Origin: a virus
Strand: one strand, 5' to 3'
Length of the DNA: 42,231 nt
IMG/VR virus record: IMGVR_UViG_3300037419_000866
Span: 1-42,231 of that record
Shown: piece after piece, positions 13,997 to 23,338 of the stretch
Numbering within the stretch: position 1 is the stretch's first letter
Layout: the number at the start of each line of letters is the position of its first letter
Program-made: the position numbers and the translations under genes
Notes under the pieces: generated by a model
Told to the model about the DNA's origin: nothing
Seen by the model: the letters and a program-made list of their open reading frames with translations, nothing else
Databases searched by the model: none

Positions 13997-14586
13997 CTGC
14001 CCTCGCCCGCTCCACCGCCATGAAGCCCCGGCGCGTGCGCAAGTGCGCCGTCAAAGGCTGCGCCAACCGCTTCCAGCCGCGGAACATCAGCCACAAGGTC
14101 TGCGGGCCGGACTGTGCTGCCGTGCACGCCGCTGCCGAGCGCAAGCGTCTGGACACCAAGCAGACCCGTGAGCGCAAGGCCAAGATCAAGACGCGCTCGC
14201 AGCACATTGCCGAGACGCAAGCCGCATTCAACGCGCTGGTGCGCTTCCGCGACCGCAACGAGACGTGCATCAGCTGCCCGACCGTGCTGTCTACGCTGGC
14301 CGACCAGCCCGGCGGCGGCTACGACTGCGGCCACTACCGGTCACGCGGCAGCGCGCCGCACCTGCGTTTCGACTTCCGCAACGCGCACGGCCAGTGCAAG
14401 AAATGCAACCGCTACCGCGCCGGCAACGCGGCCGACTACCGCATTGGCCTGATCGCGCGCATAGGCCTCTCCGCCGTCGAAGCGCTCGAATGCGACCAGA
14501 CCGGCGGCGACTACACCATCGAAGGCCTGTTGGCCATGAAGGCAGACTTCCGCGCCCAGCTGCGCGCACTGAAGGAGAGAGCATAA
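13993..14586 (+). CDS. ninG: NinG/Rap-like recombination endonuclease
   Basis: It has the N-terminal Cys cluster CAVKGCANRF...CGPDC and the C-terminal CISC...GHYRSRG...LRFDFRNAHGQCKKCN, as in lambda NinG. Confidence 0.8.
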   Translation: MTALARSTAMKPRRVRKCAVKGCANRFQPRNISHKVCGPDCAAVHAAAERKRLDTKQTRERKAKIKTRSQHIAETQAAFNALVRFRDRNETCISCPTVLSTLADQPGGGYDCGHYRSRGSAPHLRFDFRNAHGQCKKCNRYRAGNAADYRIGLIARIGLSAVEALECDQTGGDYTIEGLLAMKADFRAQLRALKERA

Positions 14587-15002
14587 TGGCTGGCATTCAC
14601 ACGTTCACGGCGCCTAAGGCGCAAGCGAAAATCAAGCGCATCCTGGAAGCACTCGCCGATCTTCCGATGACGCGCGACGAACTCCAGTGCCTGCTCGCGG
14701 TCTCCAAGCCAACGATGCGCCGCTACCTCACCTACCTGCGCAGCGAGCCAAAGCGTGTGTACATCAAGCGCTGGCGGTCATCGGGCTCCGGACGCTTCTC
14801 GCCGATCTACGCCGCCGGCAGTCTGCCCGACAAGCCAGAACCGATTGGCATGAGCCGGCGCGAGCGGAACGTGCTCCAGTGGCGCAGCATCAAGGCCGAC
14901 CGAGACCGACACGACCGCGTAAAGGCCGCAGCGCGCGTGCACACGAAGATTCAACGCACGCGTAAAACACCGAACGGCATCTTCGCCGCACTGGGGATCT
15001 GA
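14586..15002 (+). CDS. Winged-helix protein, paralog family member A (138 aa)
   Basis: The start ATG overlaps the ninG stop (TAATG). The sequence is ILEALADLPMTRDELQCLLAVSKPTMRRYLTYLRSEPKRVYIKRW and ends in KTPNGIFAALGI. Confidence 0.65.
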   Translation: MAGIHTFTAPKAQAKIKRILEALADLPMTRDELQCLLAVSKPTMRRYLTYLRSEPKRVYIKRWRSSGSGRFSPIYAAGSLPDKPEPIGMSRRERNVLQWRSIKADRDRHDRVKAAARVHTKIQRTRKTPNGIFAALGI

Positions 15003-15004
15003 CC

Positions 15005-15205
15005 ATGAGCATCCGCACAATACTCGCAGACATCGCCGCATCCATGGCCCGCAACGAAGCCGACGTCGCCCGCGCTGCCGAGAAAGCCGCTGCGTACCGG
15101 GGCCCGTGGCGTCGCAAGACCGACCCGGTCGACGTCGAGACGCGCGTGATCGAGGACCCGGTTGCGGACCCGCTCGCGCTGCACGGCCCGGAGGAACTCG
15201 CATAA
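15005..15205 (+). CDS. Hypothetical protein (66 aa)
   Basis: Track ORF lying between the two paralogs. Confidence 0.5.
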   Translation: MSIRTILADIAASMARNEADVARAAEKAAAYRGPWRRKTDPVDVETRVIEDPVADPLALHGPEELA

Positions 15206-15858
15206 TGGCCGACCCACGCACCGCATACCAGCGCGGCCGCATCCTGGCCGCTATTGCCGACGAACCACTGACCGCGCAACAGCTTGCGGATCGTCTGCAC
15301 CTGACCAAGGACGGCATCAACATCCACCTGAAAGTGATGAAGGAAGCGTCACCGCGGCTCGTGCACGTAGCGGGCCACGTCTACAACGCCGACGGCGGCC
15401 GGCCGGCGCCGAAGTACAGCGCGGGCGACCAAGCCGATGCGACCTACATCCCGACTCGCCAGATCCTGCAGGGGCGCAAGGATGTCGTTGATCGCACGTT
15501 CAAGCGTCTGGTTGAAATGCTCCAGCGCTCGCCGATGACTGCAAATGAGATAGGCGACGCGCTCGACCTGGCGCCAGCCCGGGCCCGCTGGTACATCAGC
15601 CAACTGCGCACCTGCGAGCCGCGTCGCGTGTACATCAAGCGCTTCGAGGTGAACTACGGCGCCTATCCCGCGCCTGTCTACGCCGTCGGCAATAAGCCGG
15701 ACGCCGTGTACACGCCGAAGACCCGCGCCGACGTCTATCGGGAGGTCATGGCCGACCCGGACCGCCGCCGGCGCGTCCTGACCCGCAACAAGCTGCGCCA
15801 CCTTGTCGCGAGCAAGCGCAAGAAGCCGAACGGCATCTTCGGAGCACTGGGGATATGA
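15205..15858 (+). CDS. Tandem winged-helix protein, paralog family member B (217 aa)
   Basis: The start ATG overlaps the upstream TAA (TAATG). It has two wHTH modules, the second followed by EPRRVYIKRF, and ends in KKPNGIFGALGI. The 3' ends of A and B share a near-identical DNA stretch of about 30 nt (ccgaacggcatcttcg..gcactgggga). Confidence 0.65.
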   Translation: MADPRTAYQRGRILAAIADEPLTAQQLADRLHLTKDGINIHLKVMKEASPRLVHVAGHVYNADGGRPAPKYSAGDQADATYIPTRQILQGRKDVVDRTFKRLVEMLQRSPMTANEIGDALDLAPARARWYISQLRTCEPRRVYIKRFEVNYGAYPAPVYAVGNKPDAVYTPKTRADVYREVMADPDRRRRVLTRNKLRHLVASKRKKPNGIFGALGI

Positions 15859-16010
15859 CCATCTTCGCCGACAAGACCGACCAGGAGCTGGCCGCCGATG
15901 CACGCATGATCGTCTCCGCACTCACCCGAATCCGCACCGAGGCCGCCAAGCGTGGAATCGAGATTGGACCTGCTGACCTGGGCAGACGGCAAGGTGGAAG
16001 CGACGATTGA
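15855..16010 (+). CDS. 51-aa micro-ORF coupled to the upstream gene
   Basis: Hand translation gives MTIFADKTDQELAADARMIVSALTRIRTEAAKRGIEIGPADLGRRQGGSDD. It has an ATGA overlap at 15855-15858 and is below the track cutoff. Confidence 0.35.
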   Translation: MTIFADKTDQELAADARMIVSALTRIRTEAAKRGIEIGPADLGRRQGGSDD

Positions 16011-16166
16011 GCGCGTCCGGAGGGAGAAACTATGACCACCCGGGAAACGTCCGCGCTTTCGCCGGGCGTTGACTGGTGGCAAAATTGAGGCTGAACGATA
16101 TTCGGCACACACGCGCCTTCGCGACGAATGAAATTTGGGCACAGAATCTAAAGTAGAGGGCTTTCG

Positions 16167-16436
16167 ATGGCAAAAGGGCAAAAAACAGGCGGACGGGTCA
16201 AAGGCACGCCGAACAAAATGACCCAGACTGCCAAGGAAGCAATAGCGATCGCCGCCGAGCGTTTGGGCGGCGCGGATCGCCTCGTCGCATGGGCGCAGGA
16301 AGAGCCGCAGAACGAGCGCGTGTTCTGGGGCACGATCTATCCCAAGTTGCTGCCATTGCAAGTGACGGGCGAGGACGGCGGCCCGGTACAGATCGCGGAG
16401 ATTCGCCGCGTGGTCGTGGACGTGCCCAAGAAATGA
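16167..16436 (+). CDS. terS: Putative terminase small subunit (89 aa)
   Basis: The N-terminus MAKGQKTGGRVKGTPNKMT is basic. The ORF lies immediately upstream of, and overlaps (ATGA), the large terminase. Confidence 0.55.
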   Translation: MAKGQKTGGRVKGTPNKMTQTAKEAIAIAAERLGGADRLVAWAQEEPQNERVFWGTIYPKLLPLQVTGEDGGPVQIAEIRRVVVDVPKK

Positions 16437-17662
16437 GCGTTCTCGACATCGCCACGCCGCGCATTTACCTCCCTTTCCTTGAGCCTGCCCGCTACAAGGG
16501 CGCGCACGGCGGCCGCGGTTCCGGCAAGTCGCACTTCTTCGGCGAGATGCTGATCGAACGGTCGTTGATGGCGAAGACCGACGCTGTGTGCGTGCGCGAG
16601 GTCCAGAAGTCGCTGGCTCAGTCGGTCAAGAAGCTCTTGGAAGGCAAGATCGAGTCGCTGAATGCCGGCGCCTACTTCGAGGTGCAAGACGCAAAGATCA
16701 AGTCACGGAACGGAGGGCAGATCATTTTCCAGGGCATGCAGAACCACACGGCCGACTCGATCAAGTCGCTGGAGGGCTTCGATGTCGCGTGGGTCGAAGA
16801 GGCCCAATCGCTCAGCCAGCGCTCGCTCGACCTGCTGCGCCCGACGATCCGCAAGCCCGGATCAGAAATCTGGTTCACGTGGAACCCGCGCGAGGCAACG
16901 GACCCTGTCGACGCCCTGCTGCGCTGCGACAACCCGCCGCCGAACTCAACCGTCGTAGAGGTCAACTACACGGAGAATCCATGGTTCCCCGACGTGCTGC
17001 GCGACGAGATGGAGTACGACAAGCGGCGCGATCCGGACAAGTACGCGCACGTGTGGCTCGGCAAGTACGAACAGAACAGCGAGGCGCGCGTCTTCAAGAA
17101 CTGGAGCATCGAAGAGTTCGACGTCGACCCAACCGCCGTGATCCGCCAGGGCGCCGACTGGGGCTTCTCCGTCGATCCATCGGTGCTGATCCAGTGCTAC
17201 ATCGTCGGGCGCCGCCTGTACGTGCCCTACGAGGCCTACCGCGTTGGCTGCGAGATCGTCGACACGCCCGAACTGTTCATGACCGTTCCGGACAGCGAAA
17301 AGTGGCCACTGACGGCCGACAGCGCGCGCCCGGAAACGATCAGCCACATGCGTAAGCACGGCTTCCCAAAGATCATGCCGGCTGTGAAAGGGCCCGGTAG
17401 CCTAGAAGACGGCATTCAGTGGCTCAAGTCGTTCGACATCATCGTGCACCCGCGCTGCCAGCATCTGATCGACGAGTTGACGCTCTACAAGTACAAGACC
17501 GATCCGCTGACTGGTCTCGTGTTGCCAGTCCTTGAGGACAAGGACAACCACGTCATCGACGCGCTGCGCTACGCCTGCGAGGGTGCGCGCCGTGCCCAGG
17601 CTGTGACGAAGCCGCAAGCATCCACGCCCATCCCTGTAGCCTCGCCCTTCCGCCGCCGGTAG
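16433..17662 (+). CDS. terL: Terminase large subunit, PBSX/Terminase_3-like (409 aa)
   Basis: The start was set at MSVLDIATPRIYLPF (ATGA overlap). It has Walker A GGRGSGKSH, Walker B-like VAWVEEAQ and a C-terminal nuclease-type DNHVIDALRY. Confidence 0.85.
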   Translation: MSVLDIATPRIYLPFLEPARYKGAHGGRGSGKSHFFGEMLIERSLMAKTDAVCVREVQKSLAQSVKKLLEGKIESLNAGAYFEVQDAKIKSRNGGQIIFQGMQNHTADSIKSLEGFDVAWVEEAQSLSQRSLDLLRPTIRKPGSEIWFTWNPREATDPVDALLRCDNPPPNSTVVEVNYTENPWFPDVLRDEMEYDKRRDPDKYAHVWLGKYEQNSEARVFKNWSIEEFDVDPTAVIRQGADWGFSVDPSVLIQCYIVGRRLYVPYEAYRVGCEIVDTPELFMTVPDSEKWPLTADSARPETISHMRKHGFPKIMPAVKGPGSLEDGIQWLKSFDIIVHPRCQHLIDELTLYKYKTDPLTGLVLPVLEDKDNHVIDALRYACEGARRAQAVTKPQASTPIPVASPFRRR

Positions 17663-17671
17663 AATGGCGGG

Positions 17672-17908
17672 ATGACAACGGAGAGACCCATGACGATCAA
17701 GATCCGATTCAAGAACCCGGACGCCATCTGTGACATCCTCAACGCACGGCATCCACTGCCCGACGATGAAGCGGACATCACTCTCAAGATGGAGCAGGAG
17801 CGCGAGGATTTCGTCGACGAGTATTTCGAATACGGCGATTACGGCTGCATCGAGGTCGATCCGGCCACTATGACGGCACGCCTTCTGCCCGTGCGAGAGT
17901 GGAAATGA
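17672..17908 (+). CDS. Hypothetical acidic protein (78 aa)
   Basis: Track ORF inserted between the terminase and portal genes. Confidence 0.55.
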   Translation: MTTERPMTIKIRFKNPDAICDILNARHPLPDDEADITLKMEQEREDFVDEYFEYGDYGCIEVDPATMTARLLPVREWK

Positions 17909-18345
17909 CCGACGAGAACCAATTCCGCCGGGTCCAGTGGGACGGCGATGAGCCGCTGCCGAACGATGACGACGGCCCGGACGGCATGCCACTGCGCCCG
18001 CCCGGCGCTGGGCTCAGTGCGGAAGATCTGCAGCTGCTGACGCTGGCCGCTCGCGCACTCGGCGCCACGGTCGAGACCGTCGAGGGCGAGCAGTGGGTGG
18101 CCCTGCACTTCGCCGACGGCACAATCGAACACGGCTGGAATCCGCTGCGGCATCGCGACGACACGTTCAACCTCGCGTGCGACTGCGGCATCGATCTGCA
18201 CTTCGGCGGCGACTTTGTGCGAGCCAACGGCATGGAGTCAGAGGAAGAAGAGGAGTTCGAGCGGGGTAACAAGGTGGCATGCAGGGCCGCCGCGGCTCGC
18301 GCCATCGTCCGCGCCGCCGCCGAGATCGGCAAGGCCATGGCATAA
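17905..18345 (+). CDS. Hypothetical protein, possibly DUF2591-like (146 aa)
   Basis: The ATG at 17905 overlaps the upstream stop (ATGA). The pattern LQLLTLAARALG...WNPLRHRDDTFNLACDCGIDL resembles DUF2591-type phage proteins, but this is a weak call. Confidence 0.5.
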   Translation: MTDENQFRRVQWDGDEPLPNDDDGPDGMPLRPPGAGLSAEDLQLLTLAARALGATVETVEGEQWVALHFADGTIEHGWNPLRHRDDTFNLACDCGIDLHFGGDFVRANGMESEEEEEFERGNKVACRAAAARAIVRAAAEIGKAMA

Positions 18346-18622
18346 TTGCCACGCGATACCGGCGCTTTGGGGCGGACGGGGCCTGGTGAAAGCCCAGGCG
18401 CCACACGTATGCTGATTGGACGGCTGGGGGATCCCGGCCGATGCGCACCAGTCAGCAGCCGTGTGGTGAACCGGACGAGCATAAGCATCGGGCCAAAACG
18501 AACAGAGCGGAGCCGGTTATCCCTGCCGGCAGCTGATATCGGCACAGCCACCACACAACCTATTTCCTGTCGGCATTTGATAGCTGTAGACTATCGGAAA
18601 TTCATTCCGAGAGGCATCAGCC

Positions 18623-20737
18623 ATGAGCCGACCCAGCAACGCCGACCGCCTGAGCGCGAAGCACGACTTCTTCCTGCGCGACTTCGACGCCATCCAAGAG
18701 GCGACGCGCGACACGCGCATCCAGTGCCTGAGCGACCGCCGCTTCTATTCGATCCCCGGCGCGCAGTGGGAAGGCCCGGTCGGCGAGCAGTTTGCAAACA
18801 AGCCGCGTTTCGAATTTAACAAGACGCATCTCGCTGTGTTGCGAATTATCAACGAATACCGTAACAACCGGATCACGGTCGACTTCGTGCCGAAGGATGG
18901 ATCGCAGGCCGACGAGCTGGCTGACACGTGCGACGGCTTGTTCCGGGCCGATGAGCAGGACAGCGGCGCACAGGAAGCGTACGACAACGCGTTCGAAGAA
19001 GGCACGAGCGGGGGCATGGGCGCGATCCGGCTGCGCGCGCGCTACGAGGACGAGCTCGACGACGAGGACACGCGGCAGCGCATCGCCATCGAGCCGATCT
19101 ATGAGGCCGACTCGTGCGTGTTCTTCAGCCTGGACGGCAAGCGGTACGACAAGTCTGACGCGCGCCGCTGCTACGTGCTGTCGTCGGTGCCGCGCGCCGA
19201 TTATCCGGAGGAATACGGTGACGATCCGGCCAGCATGCCCAAATTCATCACCCGCGATCAGTTCGACTGGACCACGCCGGACGTCGTGTGGATCGCCGAG
19301 GTCTACGAGATCGAGGAGAAATCGGAGCTCGTGCACTTCTTCCGTGGCCTCGCACTGGGCGACGACGAGCCGGCCGAGATGGAAGTGTCGGACAAGGAGT
19401 TGCAGGACGATCCGGGCAAGCAGGCCGAGCTCGAAGCCCGCGGCTTCCAGAAGGTTCGCGAGAAGCGCCGCAAGGTGCGCAAGGTGCACAAGTACATTAT
19501 GAACGGCGCGCGCATCCTGTCGGACGAAGGCTACATCGCCGGCACGTGCATTCCGATCGTGCCCTTCTACGGCAAGCGCTGGTTCGTCGACGGCATCGAG
19601 CGGTGCCAGGGCCACGTCCGCCTCGCGCGCGACGCGCAGGTCCTGGACAACATGATCAAGTCCTGGCTCGCGGAGATGGCCGCGCGTTTCGATATCGAAA
19701 AGCCAATCCTGACGCCAGAGCAGATCGCCGGCCATGCGCAGATGTGGGCCGACGACGCCATCGAGAAGTATCCCTACCTGCTGATCAATCCGATCTTGGA
19801 CACGACGACCGGCCAACAGATTCTCGCGCCCATCGGCTACACCAAGGCGCCGAACATGCCGCCAGCGATGGCCGCGCTCGCGCAGTTGGCTGCCACGGCG
19901 CTCGAAGACATGCTCGGCAACCAGCAGGCCGGCGAGCAGTTGCAGCCGAACCAGTCCGGCAAGGCCGTCGAGCTGATCCAGCAGCGCCTGGACATGCAGG
20001 TCTTCATCTACATCGACAACTTCAAGAAGATGATCAAGCAGGTCGGCCACGTCTGGCAGTCGATGGCGTCCGAGCTGCTGCACGAGCCCGGCCGCCGCAT
20101 GAAGACCATCGACCACGCGGACCAGATGGGCACCGTCGAGCTGATGAAGCCGATGATCGACAAGGAAACGGGTGCGCGCTACCTCGCCAATGACATCAGC
20201 AAGGCGCGCTTCGACGTGATCCCGGACGTCGGCCCGTCGTCGGTGAGCCGCAAGGCTGCACTAGTGCGCGAGCTGACCGGCATCTTGCAGATGACGCAAG
20301 ACCCCGAGACCATGACCGTGTTGACGGCGATGATCCTGATGAATCTCGAGGGCGAAGGCATGTCGGACATTCGCTCGTTCTACCGTCGCAAGCTCGTGCG
20401 CATGGGCGTCATCGCGCCGACCGACGATGAGAAGCAGGAACTCGCCGCCGAGCAGCAGAACCAGCAGCCGGACCCGAATGCCGTGTTCCTCCAAGCGTCG
20501 GCACGCAAGGCAATTTCCGATGCCAACGCGGCCGACGCAAAGACCGCGCTCACTGCGGCGCAGGTCCAGAACACGCAGGCCGACACGGTTGTGAAGCTGG
20601 CTGGCATCCAGCAGGACGGCGCCGACCACGCGCTGTCCGTGGCGCAGCACCTGGGCGACCAGTCGCTGGCGCGCGAGCAGATGGCGCAGCAGGCGGCGGC
20701 AGCCCAGCAGCAGGTCCAGCCGGGAGGCGAACAGTAA
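18623..20737 (+). CDS. Portal protein, P22 gp1-like (704 aa)
   Basis: It aligns by eye with the P22 portal: IAGTCIPIVPFYGKRWFVDGIERCQGHVRLARDAQ against [35 protein letters not shown], and PEQIAGH...YPYLLIN against PEQIAGF...YPYYLLN. It also has a Gln-rich C-terminal barrel. Confidence 0.9.
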   Translation: MSRPSNADRLSAKHDFFLRDFDAIQEATRDTRIQCLSDRRFYSIPGAQWEGPVGEQFANKPRFEFNKTHLAVLRIINEYRNNRITVDFVPKDGSQADELADTCDGLFRADEQDSGAQEAYDNAFEEGTSGGMGAIRLRARYEDELDDEDTRQRIAIEPIYEADSCVFFSLDGKRYDKSDARRCYVLSSVPRADYPEEYGDDPASMPKFITRDQFDWTTPDVVWIAEVYEIEEKSELVHFFRGLALGDDEPAEMEVSDKELQDDPGKQAELEARGFQKVREKRRKVRKVHKYIMNGARILSDEGYIAGTCIPIVPFYGKRWFVDGIERCQGHVRLARDAQVLDNMIKSWLAEMAARFDIEKPILTPEQIAGHAQMWADDAIEKYPYLLINPILDTTTGQQILAPIGYTKAPNMPPAMAALAQLAATALEDMLGNQQAGEQLQPNQSGKAVELIQQRLDMQVFIYIDNFKKMIKQVGHVWQSMASELLHEPGRRMKTIDHADQMGTVELMKPMIDKETGARYLANDISKARFDVIPDVGPSSVSRKAALVRELTGILQMTQDPETMTVLTAMILMNLEGEGMSDIRSFYRRKLVRMGVIAPTDDEKQELAAEQQNQQPDPNAVFLQASARKAISDANAADAKTALTAAQVQNTQADTVVKLAGIQQDGADHALSVAQHLGDQSLAREQMAQQAAAAQQQVQPGGEQ

Positions 20738-20867
20738 AACTTTCTGCCGCGCCTGCGCAACGCAGAAATAAATTCCGACGTTCATTATTGCTTTCAGAAA
20801 TAGTTTCCGCCTATCATTTTGCCCATCGGCATCCGTTGAGCCTATCGACGAGCAAACAGAGGAAACC

Positions 20868-21824
20868 ATGCATAAAAGCTGGATGTGGAAACAGCGTTCG
20901 TATCGGGAGCAGTTCCAGAGCGACGAAGCCGGCAGTGCCGGCGGCAGCGCTGGCGAAACCCAGCAGGTCGACGCATCGCAGGATCAGGGCGAGGAGCAAA
21001 CCGAGGGCGAGACGCCCGAAGGTCAGCACGCGCCCGCCGGCGAAGGCAGCGACCAGACCGACACCGACGATGGCGTGATCGTGACCATCGGCGACGAGAT
21101 GCCGCCGGCGGCTACCGAAGACGAGATCGAAGGCAAGCCCGCGCCTGCCTGGGTTCGGGATCTGCGCAAATCGGACCGCGAGAAGGCAAAGCGAATCCGC
21201 GAGCTCGAACAGCAGGTCGCTGCTACCCAGCAGGCAGCGAAGCCGCAGGCCATCGAGGTGGGCGAGAAGCCGACGTTGGAAAGCTGCGACTACGACGCCG
21301 AAGCCTACGCGCAGAAGCTGCTCGACTGGAACGACCGCAAGCGCAAGGCCGACGAGCAGGTCGCCGCCGCGCGCGCCGAGCAGGAAGCCGCTACCGCCGC
21401 ATGGAATACGAAGGTCACGGCCTACAAGACCGCGAAAGAGGCCCTGAAGGTCGACGACTTCGACGGTGCCGAGCACGTCGTGCAATCCACGCTGAGCCAA
21501 CTGCAGCAGAACATGATTGTGCACGCGGTCGACAAGCCCGAGCTGGTCGTGTACGCCCTGGGCAGCAACCCGGCCAAGGCCAAGGAACTCGCTGCGATCA
21601 AGGACCCGGTCCGGTTCGCGGTCGCGCTTGGCAAACTGGAGACGCAATTGAAAGTCACCCCCCGCAAGGCCCCGCCGGCACCGGAGCGTCAGGTTCGCGG
21701 TACCGCTGGCGGCGCGACCATCGATAACACGTTGGAACGTCTGGAAGCTGAAGCAGACCGTACCGGTGACCGCTCCAAGGTCATCCAGTACAAGCGCGAG
21801 CAGCGCAGCAAGCAAGCAGCGTAA
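20868..21824 (+). CDS. Scaffolding protein (318 aa)
   Basis: It is acidic and helical with a coiled-coil composition, and sits between the portal and coat genes. Confidence 0.7.
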   Translation: MHKSWMWKQRSYREQFQSDEAGSAGGSAGETQQVDASQDQGEEQTEGETPEGQHAPAGEGSDQTDTDDGVIVTIGDEMPPAATEDEIEGKPAPAWVRDLRKSDREKAKRIRELEQQVAATQQAAKPQAIEVGEKPTLESCDYDAEAYAQKLLDWNDRKRKADEQVAAARAEQEAATAAWNTKVTAYKTAKEALKVDDFDGAEHVVQSTLSQLQQNMIVHAVDKPELVVYALGSNPAKAKELAAIKDPVRFAVALGKLETQLKVTPRKAPPAPERQVRGTAGGATIDNTLERLEAEADRTGDRSKVIQYKREQRSKQAA

Positions 21825-21978
21825 CGCATGCCGTGAGGCCCCCGCGTCAGACGGGGCCACCAAGGATTCGCCCACCTACGGGCAGTTGCAGTAAAAGGGC
21901 CACCGTCCGGCCTGAAACGGATGAGCGAAGTAGCAAGCGGCACTGGCCGCAATTCTCTCAACCGTTTTAGGAGCCATC

Positions 21979-23253
21979 ATGGCAAATTCGTTCTCGAAAG
22001 AGGAAAAAGTAGCGTTCGACATGGCCCTGGAAGGCTTTCAGGACGCCGGCATTATCTCCAAGCTGTTCAAGAAGCAGACGTTCGACGGTACCGAAGCCGA
22101 GCGCGCGGGCAACACCTTCTGGCGCCCGATGCCCTACGTCGCCCAGTCGTTCACTGGCGTCGACCAGTCGGCTAACTTCAACCGCAACTACACGCAGCTG
22201 TCCGTCCCGGCATCGCTGGGCTACAGCCACTCGGTCCCGCTGACCATGTCGGCAACTGAACTCCGCGACGCCCTGCAAGAGCAGCGCCTGGGCAAGGCAG
22301 CAATGCAGCGCCTGGCGTCGGACATCAACGTCGATTGCTCGAACCTCGCCGCCCTGACCGGCACCGTCGTCATCAAGCGCACGACCGCTGCATCCGGCTA
22401 CGACGACGTCGCCGCCCTCGACGACGCATTCAACCGCCTGGGCGTGCAGATGGACGGCCGCAAGCTGACGCTGCCGAGCAACCATTACAACAGCATGGCG
22501 TCGAACCTCGCCGGCCGTCAGACCCTGTCGGGCAAGACCCTGACCGCTTACGAAAAGGCCGCCGTCGGCCAGATCGCCAACTTCGACACGTTCAAGCTGG
22601 ACTACGGCTACCGCCTGACCGCTGCAGCCGGAGTGACCGTGACCGTCAACGGCGCGAACCAGCGCTACGTCCCGAAGGCCACGAGCACCGCGGCCACCGG
22701 CGAGATCAGCAACGTCGACAACCGCTTCCAGAACCTGACCATCGCCGTCACGAGCGGCACGGTCAAGGTCGGCGACTGCTTCACCATCGCTGGCGTGAAC
22801 GAAGTGCACCACATCACCAAGGCCGACACGGGCAACCTGAAGACCTTCCGCGTCACCGCCATCGTGTCCGGCGCGGGCGGCTCGGGTGTCATCACGATCT
22901 CGCCGCCGATCATCGCCGCCGACTCGTCGCCGACCGACCCGGAACTGCAATACAAGAACGTGACCGCCACGCCGGCCAACGGCGCCGCCATCACGTGGCT
23001 GAACACCGTGTCGAGCGTCGTCGCGCCGTTCTGGCAGGACGAAGCCTTCGAGATCATCCCGGGCAAGTACCAGCCGGCCCCGGACTCGGGCATGGCCGTC
23101 ATGTCGGCAACCACCGACAACGGCATCACCGTGACCATGGCGCGCCAGGGTGCGATCGGTGACCTGTCGACCAAGTACCGCTGGGACGTCTTCTATGGCC
23201 TGGTCAACCTGCAGCCGCAGATGACCGGCATCGAGCTGTTCTCGCAGACCTAA
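21979..23253 (+). CDS. Major capsid (coat) protein, P22 gp5-like (424 aa)
   Basis: It shares NVDNRF, VKVGDCFTIAGVN (against P22 MKRGDKISFAGVK) and C-terminal ARQGAIGDLS...YGLVN (against ATQGDISTLS...YGVN). The RBS is AGGAG. Confidence 0.9.
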   Translation: MANSFSKEEKVAFDMALEGFQDAGIISKLFKKQTFDGTEAERAGNTFWRPMPYVAQSFTGVDQSANFNRNYTQLSVPASLGYSHSVPLTMSATELRDALQEQRLGKAAMQRLASDINVDCSNLAALTGTVVIKRTTAASGYDDVAALDDAFNRLGVQMDGRKLTLPSNHYNSMASNLAGRQTLSGKTLTAYEKAAVGQIANFDTFKLDYGYRLTAAAGVTVTVNGANQRYVPKATSTAATGEISNVDNRFQNLTIAVTSGTVKVGDCFTIAGVNEVHHITKADTGNLKTFRVTAIVSGAGGSGVITISPPIIAADSSPTDPELQYKNVTATPANGAAITWLNTVSSVVAPFWQDEAFEIIPGKYQPAPDSGMAVMSATTDNGITVTMARQGAIGDLSTKYRWDVFYGLVNLQPQMTGIELFSQT

Positions 23254-23293
23254 TCCGTCGTTGTCTCCTCCGTCCGGTTCATCCGGGCTTTAC

Positions 23294-23320
23294 GGCCCGC
23301 CTCGTGCGGGTCGTTTTTTT
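23294..23320 (+). terminator. Rho-independent terminator or attenuator after the coat gene
   Basis: GGCCCGC-CTCGT-GCGGGTC is followed by GTTTTTTT. Confidence 0.7.
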
Positions 23321-23338
23321 ACCAAGGACAGATAGACA

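Noticed and set aside
18617-20116. Very long minus-strand ORFs antisense to structural genes: 18617..20116 (499 aa), 20814..21875, 21967..22950, 23765..24814, 26275..27579, 27284..29296 (670 aa), 31476..32477, 33275..34216, 35267..36790
   Set aside because: They are Arg/Gly/Ala/Val-rich with shadow-like composition. They lie opposite genes with clear P22-type homology, and stop codons are rare in GC-rich DNA, so these are typical antisense artefacts.
20788-20817. Possible promoter TTGCTT-N18-TATCAT upstream of the scaffold gene, and GC hairpins at about 20779 and 21853-21873
   Set aside because: The hexamers are weak, the hairpins lack T-tracts, and nothing corroborates them. These could simply be intergenic structure within the late transcript.
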